Assembly: GCA_002269645.1 (NCBI GenBank)
Contig: NIVC01000732.1
Coordinates: 1-64,000, forward strand
DNA length: 64,000 nucleotides
Direction of reading: 5' to 3'
Origin: Macrostomum lignano
Taxonomy: Eukaryota
Positions 22,718 through 34,548 of this stretch are shown here, one piece after another. Each line of letters begins with the position of its first letter. Positions within the stretch are counted from its first letter, which is position 1. The notes beneath the pieces are model-generated. The model was not told the DNA's origin and searched no databases. It saw only the letters and a list, made by a program, of their open reading frames with translations. The position numbers and the translations under genes were made by a program.

Positions 22718-25700
22718 ATGACCAAGCGCAAGGCGGCAGCAACCGCAGCAGCAGCAGGGTTATCGCAGCCAACCCGAGCTAAAAGTGCTCGCACTGCGGC
22801 AGCTAACAAAGCATCGACTTCATCAAAATTGCCGCCGAATTTCGAATGGACTCAAGCTGGCGGATTAGCCAAGCCCGGCGTACCGCACATGTTCGTGATG
22901 TCGTCTTCAACCGCCGCGGCGGCGAAAAAGTGCGCCGTATTCGACATTGACTGGTGCCTCATCAAGCCCAAGTCTGGTGGAAAATGGCCAAAGAATGCCA
23001 CCGATTGGTGCTGGCTGTTTGACTCTGTGCCGGATAAGCTGAGGCAATTGCACTCAGACGGCTATCGGCTGCTGTTCATCTCCAATCAGTCGGGCTTTGA
23101 GAAGGGCACCACCAGTCCCAAAGAGATTATGCAGAAATGCGAATTGGTTATTAGCGAGCTGGGCGTTGCTGCTGATGTCATTCTGATTGGCTCAGTCAGT
23201 CATTTTCGTAAGCCCGACATTGGCGCCTGGGAGTTCTTCGTGAGGGACTGCAACGGCGGCGTTGAGGTGAGCGAATGCTAGTGTGGGACAGGGAGTGTGG
23301 GACAGGGAGAGTGTGGGACAGGGAGAGTGTGGGACAGGGACTGTGGGACAGGGAGAGTGGGACAGGGAGAGTGTGGGACAGGCAGTGTGTGGGACAGGAA
23401 ATCTGGGACAATTAATTCCCGAGCAACCCCCTCTCTAAACTCGAACCCAACTCCCCCAGTTCGACCAGTCATCCAGTTTCTTTGTCGGCGACGCGGCCGG
23501 CCGCCCAGCCAGCGGGTCGCGCAAGAAGGATTTCTCCTGCTCCGACCGGATGTTCGCTGCCAACATCGGCCTGCCGTTTAGTACGCCGGAAGAATTCTTT
23601 CTAGACGAGCCGAAGTCCGAGTTCGATTGGGGCGCACCGAGTCCGCAGAGTTTGCTGGACGCGGCAGCGAGCTGCAGCCTACCGGGGGTGAGTCTGTTAA
23701 TCCGGATTATCTCAACATTAATAATGTCCCCGCCTGGAGTAACTCTAAATAAGAAATATTCCCACCTGGATTATCCCTAAATTAAAAACATCCCCACCTG
23801 GATTACTCCTACTTTAAAAATATCTCCACCTGGATTATCTCTAAATTAGAAATATCCCCACCTGGATTATCTCTAAATTAGAAATATCCAATCTGGATTA
23901 TCTCTATATTAGAAATATCCCCACCTGGATTATCCCTAAATTAGAAATATCCAATCTGGATTATCTCTAGATTAGAAATATCCCCACCTGGATAATTTCT
24001 CAATTATAAATACCCCACCTGGATTATCTCTAAATTAGAAATATCCCCACCTGGATAATCTCTTAATTAGAAATACCCCCACCTGGATTATCTCTAAATT
24101 ACAAATACCCCCACCTGGATTATCTCTCAATTAGAAATATCCCCACCTGGATTATCCCTAAATTAGAAATATCCCCACCTTGATAATCTCTCAATTAGAA
24201 ATACCCCCACCTGGATTATCTCTAAATTAGAAATACCCCCACCTGGATTATCTCTCAATTAGAAATATCCCCACCTGGATTATCCCTAAATTAGAAATAT
24301 CCCCACCTTGATAATCTCTCAATTTGAAATATCCCCACCTGGATTATCCCTAAATTAGAAATATCCCCACCTGGATAATCTCTCAATTAGAAATACCCCC
24401 ACCTGGATTATCTCTAAATTAGAAATATCCCCACCTGGATTATCTCTAAATTAGAAATATCCCCACCTGGATTATCTCTACATAAATAATCGCCAATCTC
24501 CCCTACTCAATCAAGAACCTGTTGTCAAGCAATCAACCGGAGCTGCTGCTGACCGTAGGCGCCCCAGCCTGCGGCAAGTCCAGCCTGGCTGAGCGCGTGT
24601 TCGTGGGCGAGCAGGGCTACTCCAGGGCCAACAGGGACCTGTTGAAAACGCCGGCCGCATGCCTGAGACTGGCCGAGGAGGCGATTAAGAGCGGCAAGTC
24701 GGTCATTGTGGACAACACTAATCCGTCTAGGCAGGATCGGGCCCAGTACCTGGAGCTGGCTAAGAGGCTTAAGGTGTGCGCACTGCTAATTATCTTAATG
24801 ATCCTAACAAATTTTCCTAATTTTCCACGACGATTAGATCCCCAAATTATTCCAACATATCCCAACGATTAGATCCCAAATAATCAAAATTTTCTCCCAA
24901 ATTTTAGATCCTAAATTATCCCATTTTTTTCCAAATGTTAGACCCTAAATAATCCCAATTTCTTCCAAATATTCGATTCGATCCTAAATAATCCCAGTTT
25001 CTTCCAAATATTAGACCTTAAATTATCCCAGTTTCTTCCAAATATTAGACTCGAAATTATCCCAGTTTCTTCCAAATATTAGACTCGAAGTTATTCCAGT
25101 TTCTTCCAAATATTGGATCCTAAATTATCCCAATTTCTTCCAAATATTGGATCCTAAATGATCCCAATTTCTTCCAAATATTGGATCCTAAATGATCCCA
25201 ATTTCTTGCAAATATTAAATCCTAAATTATCCCAACTTCTACCAAATATCAGATACCAATTTCTTCTATAAGCGCTAGATCCTAAATTATCCCAAATTCT
25301 TCTAAATATTAGATCCCGAAATATCTCAATTTCTCCCAAATATTCGATCCTAAATTATCCCAATTTCTACCAAATATTAAATCCTAAATTATCCCAATTT
25401 CTACCAAATATTAAATCCTAAATTATCCCAATTTCTCCCAAATATTAGATCACAAATTATCCCAAATTTCCCAGGACCAGATCCTAAATCAATGAGCAGA
25501 CAATGATAACCGATCAGGGATTCCTTCATCACGATAGTAACTCATTTATCCCAGGTGCCAGCCCGCTGCCTGGTAATGACAACAGACAAGGCCCTGGCCG
25601 AGCATCTGAACATGTTTCGCCAAAGCCAGACGGCCAGCAAAGTGCGCCGGGTGCCCCTGGTTGCCTACCGGATGTACTACAGCAAGTACTCAGAGCCCAC

Positions 25701-25812
25701 TGTTGCCGAGGGCTTCTCAGAGATTGTCCGAGTTCCATTCGTCTACAAGCCCGAGCTGCTTAGCCAGAGAGACAGGAAGCTCATTTTGAACTGGACAACG
25801 GCAGGCCATTGA
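22718..25812 (+). CDS. PNKP: Polynucleotide kinase 3'-phosphatase, 430 aa; exons 22718-23266, 23460-23687, 24516-24773, 25555-25812
   Basis: HAD motifs FDID, ISNQ, FRKP and FFVGDAAGR..KKDFSCSDR..FAANIGL.F.TPEEFF; kinase P-loop GAPACGKS, NRD and DNTNP. All introns GT-AG, phase 0. Confidence 0.95.
23280..23400. repeat. 16-bp minisatellite, PNKP intron 1
   Basis: (GTGTGGGACAGGGAGA)n. Confidence 0.9.
23750..24480. repeat. ~32-bp minisatellite, PNKP intron 2
   Basis: (CCCCACCTGGATTATCTCTAAATTAGAAATAT)n. Confidence 0.95.
24830..25490. repeat. ~34-bp minisatellite, PNKP intron 3
   Basis: (GATCCTAAATTATCCCAATTTCTTCCAAATATT.)n. Confidence 0.9.
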
Positions 25813-26014
25813 GACAGACGCATAAAAGTACACGTTATGTACTTTTTACTGAATGAAATAACCTTGTTTCCCATAATCTTTAACGGAATTTTTACAATTA
25901 TCCTCTTATAACATGTCATGGAATTATTTTTCATGATGTTTACTTAACTGGAGCTTCACTTCACGTGACTTGGCTAGCAATAGATTCCCTTCTGTGATTG
26001 CAACTGTCTATGTA

Positions 26015-26330
26015 GGTCACGTGACTTTACTAATGCACAGTAGGCACCAACTGCGGCTGCAACTCTGGGTCACGTGACTTTACTAATGCACAGTAGGCAC
26101 CCACTGCGGCTGCAACTCTGGGTCACGTGACTTTACTAATGCACAGTAGGCACCCACTGCGGCTGCAACTCTGGGTCACGTGACTTTACTAATGCACAGT
26201 AGGCACCCACTGCGGCTGCAACTCTGGGTCACGTGACTTTACTAATGCACAGTAGGCACCCACTGCGGCTGCAACTCTGGGTCACGTGACTGCTAATGCA
26301 CAGTAAAGGGCACTCTGGGTCACGTGACTT
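26015..26330. repeat. 53-bp tandem repeat, each unit carrying the palindrome GTCACGTGAC
   Basis: Units start at 26015, 26068, 26121 and onward; ~5.5 copies plus flanking CACGTG sites. Confidence 0.93.
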
Positions 26331-26839
26331 TGCAACTGTAGCTCAGTAATTCAGTTCAACCATTTAATCAGCATTGAGTTTCTATTTTTCCTCACGCAAA
26401 GCACAAAAACCCACAATCACTCCACTATACTACAACAAAACGTTTCATTCGATAACAATTTTTAGTGTCGCGAATTTTATCGTCTTACACCGTACGTAGA
26501 CAGAGTTTTTCTGAAACTATTTTTTAAACTAGTTAACATACTACTAAAGAAAATATATGTACTAATCAAAACTAAAATATTTATCTCCTTAAGCAGTTAA
26601 CTTTTTCTGCAAAAAGCAAAATATTTACATATTTACATAGATTTTCTTGGACCCAGTCAGAACTAACCCACTCGGAATCAACCTCATACACCTACATGTT
26701 TGATCTGTGACCCAACCTCTTAAATAGACACCCTGACACTGACCCACTCGGACTCCCATCACGATGCTTTTGACCCATTTGGCGCGCTAGGACCCTTTTT
26801 ATCGACCAACTTGAACTCCATCCTCTCGACCTTCTTAGA

Positions 26840-28185
26840 CCCACTCTGACCCCACCCTCTTGACCCACTCTGACCCCACCCTCTTGACCCACTCTGACCC
26901 TACCCTTGATGTGTTCCTTATTAACAGTCCTTTTACTGTAATCAAGGAACAATCACTTCTAGCTAATTTGCTAGGCAACCCAGTTATCAGATAAAGGTAT
27001 CACTTACCTTTAGTTGTATCCTCAGTTGAGTACTCTTCTTAGATCTCGCTGTAGGTCTAGTCACAAGTAGTTCTGGTCTCAGATGATCCGTAGATCAGGC
27101 GCCTTGTCTCTACTTTGGTTCTGGTCCTGGTTCTTCTTGGACTTCCGATGAAGTTCCTTCCGGCCGGTATCTGCAGTCAGGACCAATCAGAGGCCTCGTA
27201 TCAACAATGGGTACCCTGCGCCGAACAGCGGTTTCTCCTTAGCCTTCTCCTTCTAGTAGTGCCTCTATGCACTCTAGGTAATGCTCCGGTACTCTCTAAT
27301 AGATCCTCTAAGATCTACTAGGGTAGTCCTTCGGGCGACTACTGCCAATGGAGTCTCAAATGGACTCAAGAGTCTCAACAGACTCTAACACTATAACAAT
27401 AGTGAGTCGACTCAACAACTGGCGCAAATGAGAAAGGCTTACCGCAACAACTCGACCGAGTCTCGATTGACTTGGTGATCAGGAAGTCCTCCTAAGGCTT
27501 CCTCTTCGGAGCTTCTCCTATCGTCGGGAGTTGGCTCCGGGTCCGCTTGTATTTATAGAGAAGCAGACCCCTCGGGAGGTCATTCATCACCTTTTTCGTA
27601 AATGTCAAAAGGTCACGATTGGTTGCTGTCAAGCATGACGGGGTAGAAAGTTAAGCAACTAGTCTAGTGTAAGCGCGCATGATTGATTACCGTAGGTGAG
27701 CGATTTTTAGATACTTGATTGGTTCATCCGGGTACAAGCCGAATGATGAATCGCAGGTGGGGTTTGAACTGACAAACGTAGGTCGTACGTGACCAATGAG
27801 GAATCGCAGATGGAGTTTAACTTGACAATTGTAGGTCACGCGTGATTGGTCGGTTGCCAAAAAAGCATGACCGACTTTTCTCTCTTTTGATTGGTTGATT
27901 AAAATATATGTATAGTTCAGCGCATATCTTTATACATGCTACTTAGTATACTACTGAATAAAAATGTATAAGTAGTATGTTAACTATTTTTACGGATTTT
28001 TGAGGGAGGCAGAATACTCTACACCCTCTTGACCCACTCTTACCCACCCTCTTGACCCACTCTGAACCCACCCTCTTGACCCACTCTTACCCACCCTCCT
28101 GACCCACTCTTACCCACCCTCTTGACCCACTCTTACCCACCCTCTTGACCCACTCTGACCTCACTTTCTTGACCCACTAAAATGT
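26840..28185. repeat. 24-bp CCCACCCTCTTGACCCACTCTkA repeat in two blocks (26840-26900, 28020-28180) bracketing a promoter-like module
   Basis: The same unit occurs on both sides of 26900-28020. Confidence 0.8.
27430..27900 (-). promoter_or_regulatory. TATA plus multi-CCAAT promoter module (LTR U3-like)
   Basis: Minus-strand TATAAATA at 27557-27550; CCAAT boxes at 27618, 27718, 27845 and 27890 (plus one on the + strand at 27793); ~50-bp direct repeat at 27749/27801; GTAAG donors downstream at 27442 and 27007. Confidence 0.5.
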
Positions 28186-28979
28186 GAAGTTACCTGCTCC
28201 CTGTTACAAAGGTCTGAATGTGAGGAAAAAAACCGACAGTAAATATAATAATTGCATTTCTGTGCAGTTATTAATTAATAATTATGTACACTAGGGATAA
28301 CACCTGATGCATTAATATACATTGTATATATTAATTAGAGAACAGTTGTCGTTAAACAACAATTTTAATATTACTAACAGTAGCAAGAAGTCTCCAAACG
28401 GACAAAATGCGAAAAATCAGCTTTTGTATTATACTACTATTAATAGCACCGAGAAAATAGTTTTGTAATAGATTTAAAAACAAAATTGAAAATTGAAAGC
28501 AAGTGACCATTGCGGCGTAAGTGAATACGAGGTAAGAAAGAGCAAAATTTGTTAGTTTTTTGTACGGGCGAACTCAAATTCAAACTTTAAGTACGTGACA
28601 GCAGATCAACAAATTGAATTTGAATTAACAAACTAAATAAACAGTACATAGAATGACTAAAAATAGTAAATTGAAATGTGAATACTACTACTGACAAGTA
28701 AAATGCTAACCTTAGTTTATTAAAAATAAACAATATGCACGAGATTTCGAGTTGAATTCAAAGTATACGATTGACAAAGTTAATAGAACAAAATCGCTAA
28801 TTAATTAACTAAATAAAAAAGACAAACAGACACAGGGCTTCAAGCTTTTAATCCGTCATCATACGACTAGGAAATAATGAGTTCATGAAAAAGACAAACA
28901 AATATATATAAAATATATGGCTGTAACAAACCAAATTTTACAAGAATGACAAAAAAGAAAAAAAATACACCAGTCAGTT

Positions 28980-29410
28980 ACAAAGTGGGTCAGGTAATCA
29001 ATAGGTGAGTCAGCAAGTGGGTCAATTAGTGGGTCAGGTAATCAGTGAATAAGTAGGTCAAGTAGTCAATAAGTGGGTCAGGTAGTGAGTCAATAAGTGG
29101 GTCAGGTAGTGAGTCAATAAGTGGGTCAGGTAGTGAGTCAATAAGTGGGCCAGGTATTGAGTCAATAAGTGGGCCAGGTAGTGACAATAAGTAGGTCAGG
29201 TAGTGAGTCAATAAGTGGGCCAGGTAGTGAGTCAATAGGTAGGTCAGGTAGGGAGTCAATAAGTAGGTCAGGTAGTGAGTCAATAAGTGGGCCAGGTAGT
29301 GTCAATAAGTGGGTCAAGTAGTGAGTCAATAAGTGGGCCAGGTAGTGAGTCAATAAGTAGGTCAGGTAGTGTCAGAAGGTGGGTCAATGTTAGGTTAGTA
29401 AGTAGGTCAG
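28980..29410. repeat. 24-bp minisatellite
   Basis: (GTCAATAAGTGGGTCAGGTAGTGA)n. Confidence 0.9.
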
Positions 29411-29459
29411 ACAATGAATCCGTAATTAAATTTGGTTGTGCTTAATTGGGAAGTCTAAC

Positions 29460-29826
29460 GAGCAGCACATTCAACTCAGTATTTGAGCATCACTCAGCAG
29501 CACACAACTCAGTATTTGAGCAGCACTCAGCAGCACACAACTCAGAATTTGAGCAGCACTCAGCAGCACACAACTCAGTATTTGAGCAGCACTCAGCAGC
29601 ACACAACTCAGTATTTGAGCAGCACTCAGCAGCACACAACTCAGTATTTGAGCAGCACTCAGCAGCACACAACTCAGTATTTGAGCAGCACTCAGCAGCA
29701 CACAACTCAGTATTTGAGCAGCACTCAGCAGCACACAACTCAGTATTTGAGCAGCACTCAGCAGCATACAACTCAGTATTTGAGCAGCACTCAGCAGCAC
29801 ACAACTCAGTATTTGAGCAGCACATT
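29460..29826. repeat. 30-bp minisatellite starting immediately after the SLBP stop codon
   Basis: (CAGCACACAACTCAGTATTTGAGCAGCACT)n. Confidence 0.95.
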
Positions 29827-29830
29827 CAAC

Positions 29831-30983
29831 TCAATGCTTGAGCTTCTTGGAGGGCGATTCGGTGAGGGCGGAGGACCTCTTGCGGGTGAGTCTGGGACAG
29901 GCGGCTCCCACAGCGAGTCCCTGAACGTCGCTGGTCAAGCCGCTGTGCAGAGCGTCGGGCTGGACGCTGGACGTGGCGGCAGGTGCAGCGGTGAGGGTCC
30001 GAGAGTCGCCGTCTTCATCGTCAGCCGGAAGCTTCGCAGGCGGTGGCGGCGGCGTGGACGATGGCGAGGACCGCGGCGAGATGCCAGCGCTGCTGCTGGC
30101 TGCGTCATCCCAGCGATGAAGCTGCAGCTTCCACTGCTTGACGCAGCCGTCCCAGGCTCTGCGGGACATTCGCACGAACTTGTTCGGAGTTCGCGGGTCG
30201 CCCTTCTCCCGCAGAGGCTTCGGCACCGACTTCACGTAGTTCGCGTATGCCGTCAGGTTCTTCGACTTGTCGATGTCGCGCTGCCGACGCAGCAGAACCG
30301 CCTCATCGTCCTCCATCTCGAAGCAGCTGCCGTCTGAGGCGTTTGAGTTCAGCGATGAGTTCAAGTTGCCTCCCACGCTGCTGTTGAGGCTCTGCGACAG
30401 CCGCTTCTGCGCCTGCTTGGCCTCGTAGCGCTGCTTGTCGAGTCGCGTCGTCTCGAACAGCTCGTCCTGCTTTGCCCAGTCCGTGTACATGGGGATGCGC
30501 TCCTTCACCTGGGGATGGGGTGCGGCTGCTCAGTATCTGGCATACCTGGGATGGGGTGCGGCTGCTCAGTACCTGGGATACCTGGGACGGGGTGCGGCTG
30601 CTGAGTACCTGGGATACCTGGGATGGGGTGCGGCTGCTCAGTACCTGGGAAACCTGAGATGGGGTGCGGCTGCTCAGAACCTGGGATACCTGGGATGGGG
30701 TACGGCTGCTCAGTACCTGGGATACCTGGGATGCTCCCAATACCCCAGCAAGCGCACGCACCTGCCGCAGCTCAATGCTTGGATCATATCGCAGGTGTCT
30801 CGGCACCCCGCCAGCCAGGCTGTTCCGCCCGCCAGCAAAGCCGTGGCGCCGACCGCCCCTGCCAGCCGGTGAGAAGCTGGCGGCAGCGGAGGCTGGCAGC
30901 GATGGCCGCGAGATTCGACTCCGGGACCTGCTGGTGTCCCTGCGGCGCTGTGGCGAGGCCGCCTTCCTGTGACGGGTCTCCAT
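29831..30983 (-). CDS. SLBP: Histone RNA stem-loop binding protein, 299 aa; exons 30983-30762 and 30508-29831
   Basis: RNA-binding domain EDDEAVLLRRQRDIDKSKNLTAYANY..PRTPNKF..SRRAWDGCVKQWKLQLHRWD and a DWA motif. Phase 0 GT-AG join LRQ|VKER. Confidence 0.93.
30515..30735. repeat. 36-bp minisatellite filling the SLBP intron
   Basis: (GGATGGGGTGCGGCTGCTCAGTACCTGGGATACCTG) x~6. Confidence 0.95.
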
Positions 30984-33039
30984 AATTATACACAAAGCTT
31001 TGATTCGGTCTAGTATATAAAACAAGCCTTTAAGTTGTCTCTCTGTAGTGTGTACAGAAAGTAGAATGATTAGTATATTTTTATTATTGTACAGACAAAA
31101 TAATTTATTATGCATTTTATTATAAAAATGAATTTATCAGCGTTGCTAATGAAAATTTTAACTTCTGTTAATTGCAAAAGTAAAAATATTTAATAAAAAC
31201 TACTTCTATATAAAATAATACTAAGAGTATATATAAAGTAAAATAATTAACTTTTGTAATCGAAACCTAAAATAATTCATAATTTTAACTCATTAATTGC
31301 ATGATCATCATAAACAGAGATTAATTAGACAACAAGTTAGAATGTTTTAACTTCTTCTCTATGAAGTTAAGCACAATTGTAATAATTGTGCTTAACATTA
31401 TTATTAAATAAGTTAAAAATTATCTTAAAATACAGTTAACATTGTTGATCATTAATAAAATAATAAGTATAAATATATACATGAACATCCCCTACTGAAA
31501 ACAAGGGTCAAATTGTGCCAGACATCCCTTGGTAGCAATTTGGTATGCATCTATGGTATAATACTAAAACACTCATAGCATTTTATTTTAGCATATAATT
31601 TAAAATGTACTTGGTGAATAAATTTAAATATTATAGTTCATTCCTCATGTTCCTGTTTTATTAGGAATAACTAAGCCAATTATACAATAGGAACTTAAGC
31701 AATTACATTTAGGGATTGACTGACCATGATTTTTTGTGCGTGATTGGAACTAGACCATGAATAAAAGGATGCATGACCATGAATTTTTATAGCATTCATT
31801 TTAATTTTATTTTAAGTTAATTAATACTACCAAGTCTAGTAATTTTTATTGATTTTTAAGCTTTGTTTTATCATGTTTATTGTTTGACCATATTTAATTA
31901 TGTGGCTTTGTTGCATCTGTGCTAATTGGTTGCAATTTTGGTTTGCTTTGGGTGTGCTAATTGAAAAAAATTAAGTTTTATTGCACAAAATTCATTAATT
32001 GTGATTTGCAAGACTATGCCTGATTTTTTTGTGATCATATTTTTTGTTATTGAGACTATGATCACATCACAGCCAATCCCTATTCTATTCCAATTCCAAT
32101 ATGGATTCCACATTTTTCTAGGTGTCTTAAAGTTATATACACAGTAATAATGAATAATAAAACAATGTTGGTGATATTCTAGTTTGTTTTGCAATATTAT
32201 TTTGAAGTTTGAATTGGTACCACAATATAGTGCCACAATATGAGGCTGAGCTAAGTACTAGATTAAAAGATAGGCCTAAAATATTATTGATAAAGCATTT
32301 TCTGACATTATTTCCTATTCTTTTTGGCTCTATCATTCATCATTCAAAACTTATCATTTCTTGCCATAGTACTAAGCTAAGCTTAAATATTGTAATACTA
32401 ATTTAAAACATTGCTAAACAAACTATTAGATTGGCACAATATTTAGTTAATTGCAAAATTAAGTTATTACTAGGCCTACCACTATCATGAAATATATAGT
32501 TTTGTCTACTAGTAGAAAAAACTAATAGACAAAATGATTGCATCTTAATTAAGATAGATATGTCTATGCTAAAATGAAAAATTTCAGCTTTTAATTTTTT
32601 AATAGTTGCAACTTAGTTTCTCCCAATTGCAACTTAGTTCTTCTTGATTGTGACTTAGTTCTTGATTGCGACTTAGTTCTTGATTGGGACTTAGTTCCTC
32701 CTGATTGCAACTTAGTTCCTCCTGATTGCAACTTAATTTTCACTTTGTATATCACTTTTCTTGCCTGTTTCTCTTCTTTCCTTTCTCTTGCTCTCTCTTT
32801 CTCTCTCTCCTCCCTCCTTTCTTTTCCTTTTCTTTTCCTCTCCTTTCTTTCTTTCCCCAATTTTTCGGTTTTTGCGACTTACCTTGGCCAGCGGCCATTT
32901 CACCCGTCCGGTTCGGATAGGTCGGATGGGTGTTGGGCATGTATGTGACTGCATATTGATAGATTGCATGTACATAACATAGCTACAAGCTAAGTCATGA
33001 GTTTTTTTATTTTCTAACTGCAAATAATTTGCAGCAATG

Positions 33040-34306
33040 AACAATTTATTAAAAACTTCAATCACCAAAGTGGTAGGCCTATATTTGCAATATATGTATA
33101 TGTGCTCACAGTGGTTGGTAGCACCACGCGATACCTTTTTGTCTTTCCAATCTGCAACCAGAAATCAGATACTGTCATTAAAATCCTGCAGGAGAGAATC
33201 TTTAGTGAGTACAGACAGTGCCACTGGATTCTTACCAATAATGGTAAAACATTCTCCAGCAAGCAGTTCAAGGCTTTTTGTGAACTCCATAATGTCAAGC
33301 AGACATTTACTACCCCTTATCATGCCCAGAGCAATGGCTTGGTAGAAAGGTTCAATAAGCAGATAAAGTCTATTATTACCTGCCTTATCAAGAAAGTCCA
33401 TAATAATTGGGATCTGATGATTCCAGCTGCACTAGTTGCTGTCCGAACCAGTGTCAATCAGACAACAGGTTTCATACCCCATTTCCTGTTATTTGGGAGG
33501 GAAGCTGTGTTACCTATGGACAATCAGATCAAGGACTCAAAGCACTACACAGGCTATCCATCCTATAATGCAAAACTTGTAAAAGAGAAATTGGAGGTGA
33601 TAAACCAAAGACAGACTGCTGCTGAAACTAGCAAACAGCCAAAAGAAGTACCGTTAGGAAGTTTAGTGCTTATTAATAACCTGCAACTAGATAACGAGGA
33701 GTCACATAAAATCCATAGACAGCGAAGATCAGCATACCGAGTTTTGAAGCAAATTTCAGAGGTAGTATTCAAGGTGCAGAAGGAGGAAGAAGGAAAGCTA
33801 ATAGGAATAGAGTTGTTAGTGCATAGGGACAACTTAGCTGTAGTGCCAAATTCAGTTAAAGAAATTGCTGCAAGCCAGTTAGACAAAACTGCAACTGCAA
33901 GAGAGCCTAAAGTTAAAGGAAGCCAGCACAATACCGCAGAAGCGAAAGTTAAGGAAAGCCACCCCCGGAGGGAAGAGATAGAAGAAGAAGAAGAATCGGA
34001 AGATGAAGACCGCCTGAATTGGCAGAATCAGAGCAAGACAGTGAAGGCGAAGATGAAGCATCAAGTGAGTCAGATAGTGAGATCTTTGAAGAAGAAGGCA
34101 GTGATGACGAAGAAGCAAAACCGACACAAGAGGAAGAGAGAGAAGAGCTCAAACCTGAGCAAGAGCCCATTGAGATTACTGAAGAGGCGCCTAGGACTGA
34201 AAAGAGGTACAACACTTATAGTCAGATAAAGCCCCCAAACAGGTGCTCATGCTACCTGAAGAGGCTGATTACGGTGTGGCACCTATTGCCTAATCTGACC
34301 TATTGA
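33040..34306 (+). mobile_element. Inactive Gypsy-type retroviral integrase with acidic tail
   Basis: YVLTVVGSTTRY (first D to G), LTNNG (second D to N), PYHAQSNGLVERFN, W..TGFIPHFLLFGRE; frameshifted acidic tail ending RYNTYSQIKPPNR. No RT or RNase H upstream. Confidence 0.85.
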
Positions 34307-34389
34307 GAGATGAGAAACAGGAGAGAAGGCACGCACAGGCGCAAAGGCTAGGGGAGCAATCCCATTGGAAGAAAGGAGTGGTGTGAGGA

Positions 34390-34520
34390 GAGCCAATAAG
34401 AGCACGACATTGGGAAATTGGCTGTCTAAGCAAATCAGAGGCCACAATCTATCCCAGGATCCCCCCTGGGAGAGGCCTATATAAGTGAGACCCCTGAGCC
34501 CCGGAAGCTATTCATATTTC
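34390..34520 (+). promoter_or_regulatory. CCAAT-TATA-Inr promoter directly after the integrase
   Basis: CCAAT at 34393, ATTGG at 34417, TATATAAG at 34478-34485, TCATATT initiator-like at 34512; ATG at 34549. Confidence 0.55.
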
Positions 34521-34548
34521 CCAGAGAAGCCGAGAATTTCGGATAAGT

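Noticed and set aside
26697-28208. Solo LTR bounded by TG...CA
   Set aside because: The flanks (TACA versus AAGG) give no target-site duplication, so the boundaries are unsupported.
32940-33068. SKP1/BTB-like motif LFIAANYLQL..DLAC on the minus strand
   Set aside because: Only ~25 aa, partly antisense to the integrase start, and the rest of the domain is missing. The nearby GTAAGT donor at ~32881 may just be a non-coding SLBP 5' exon.
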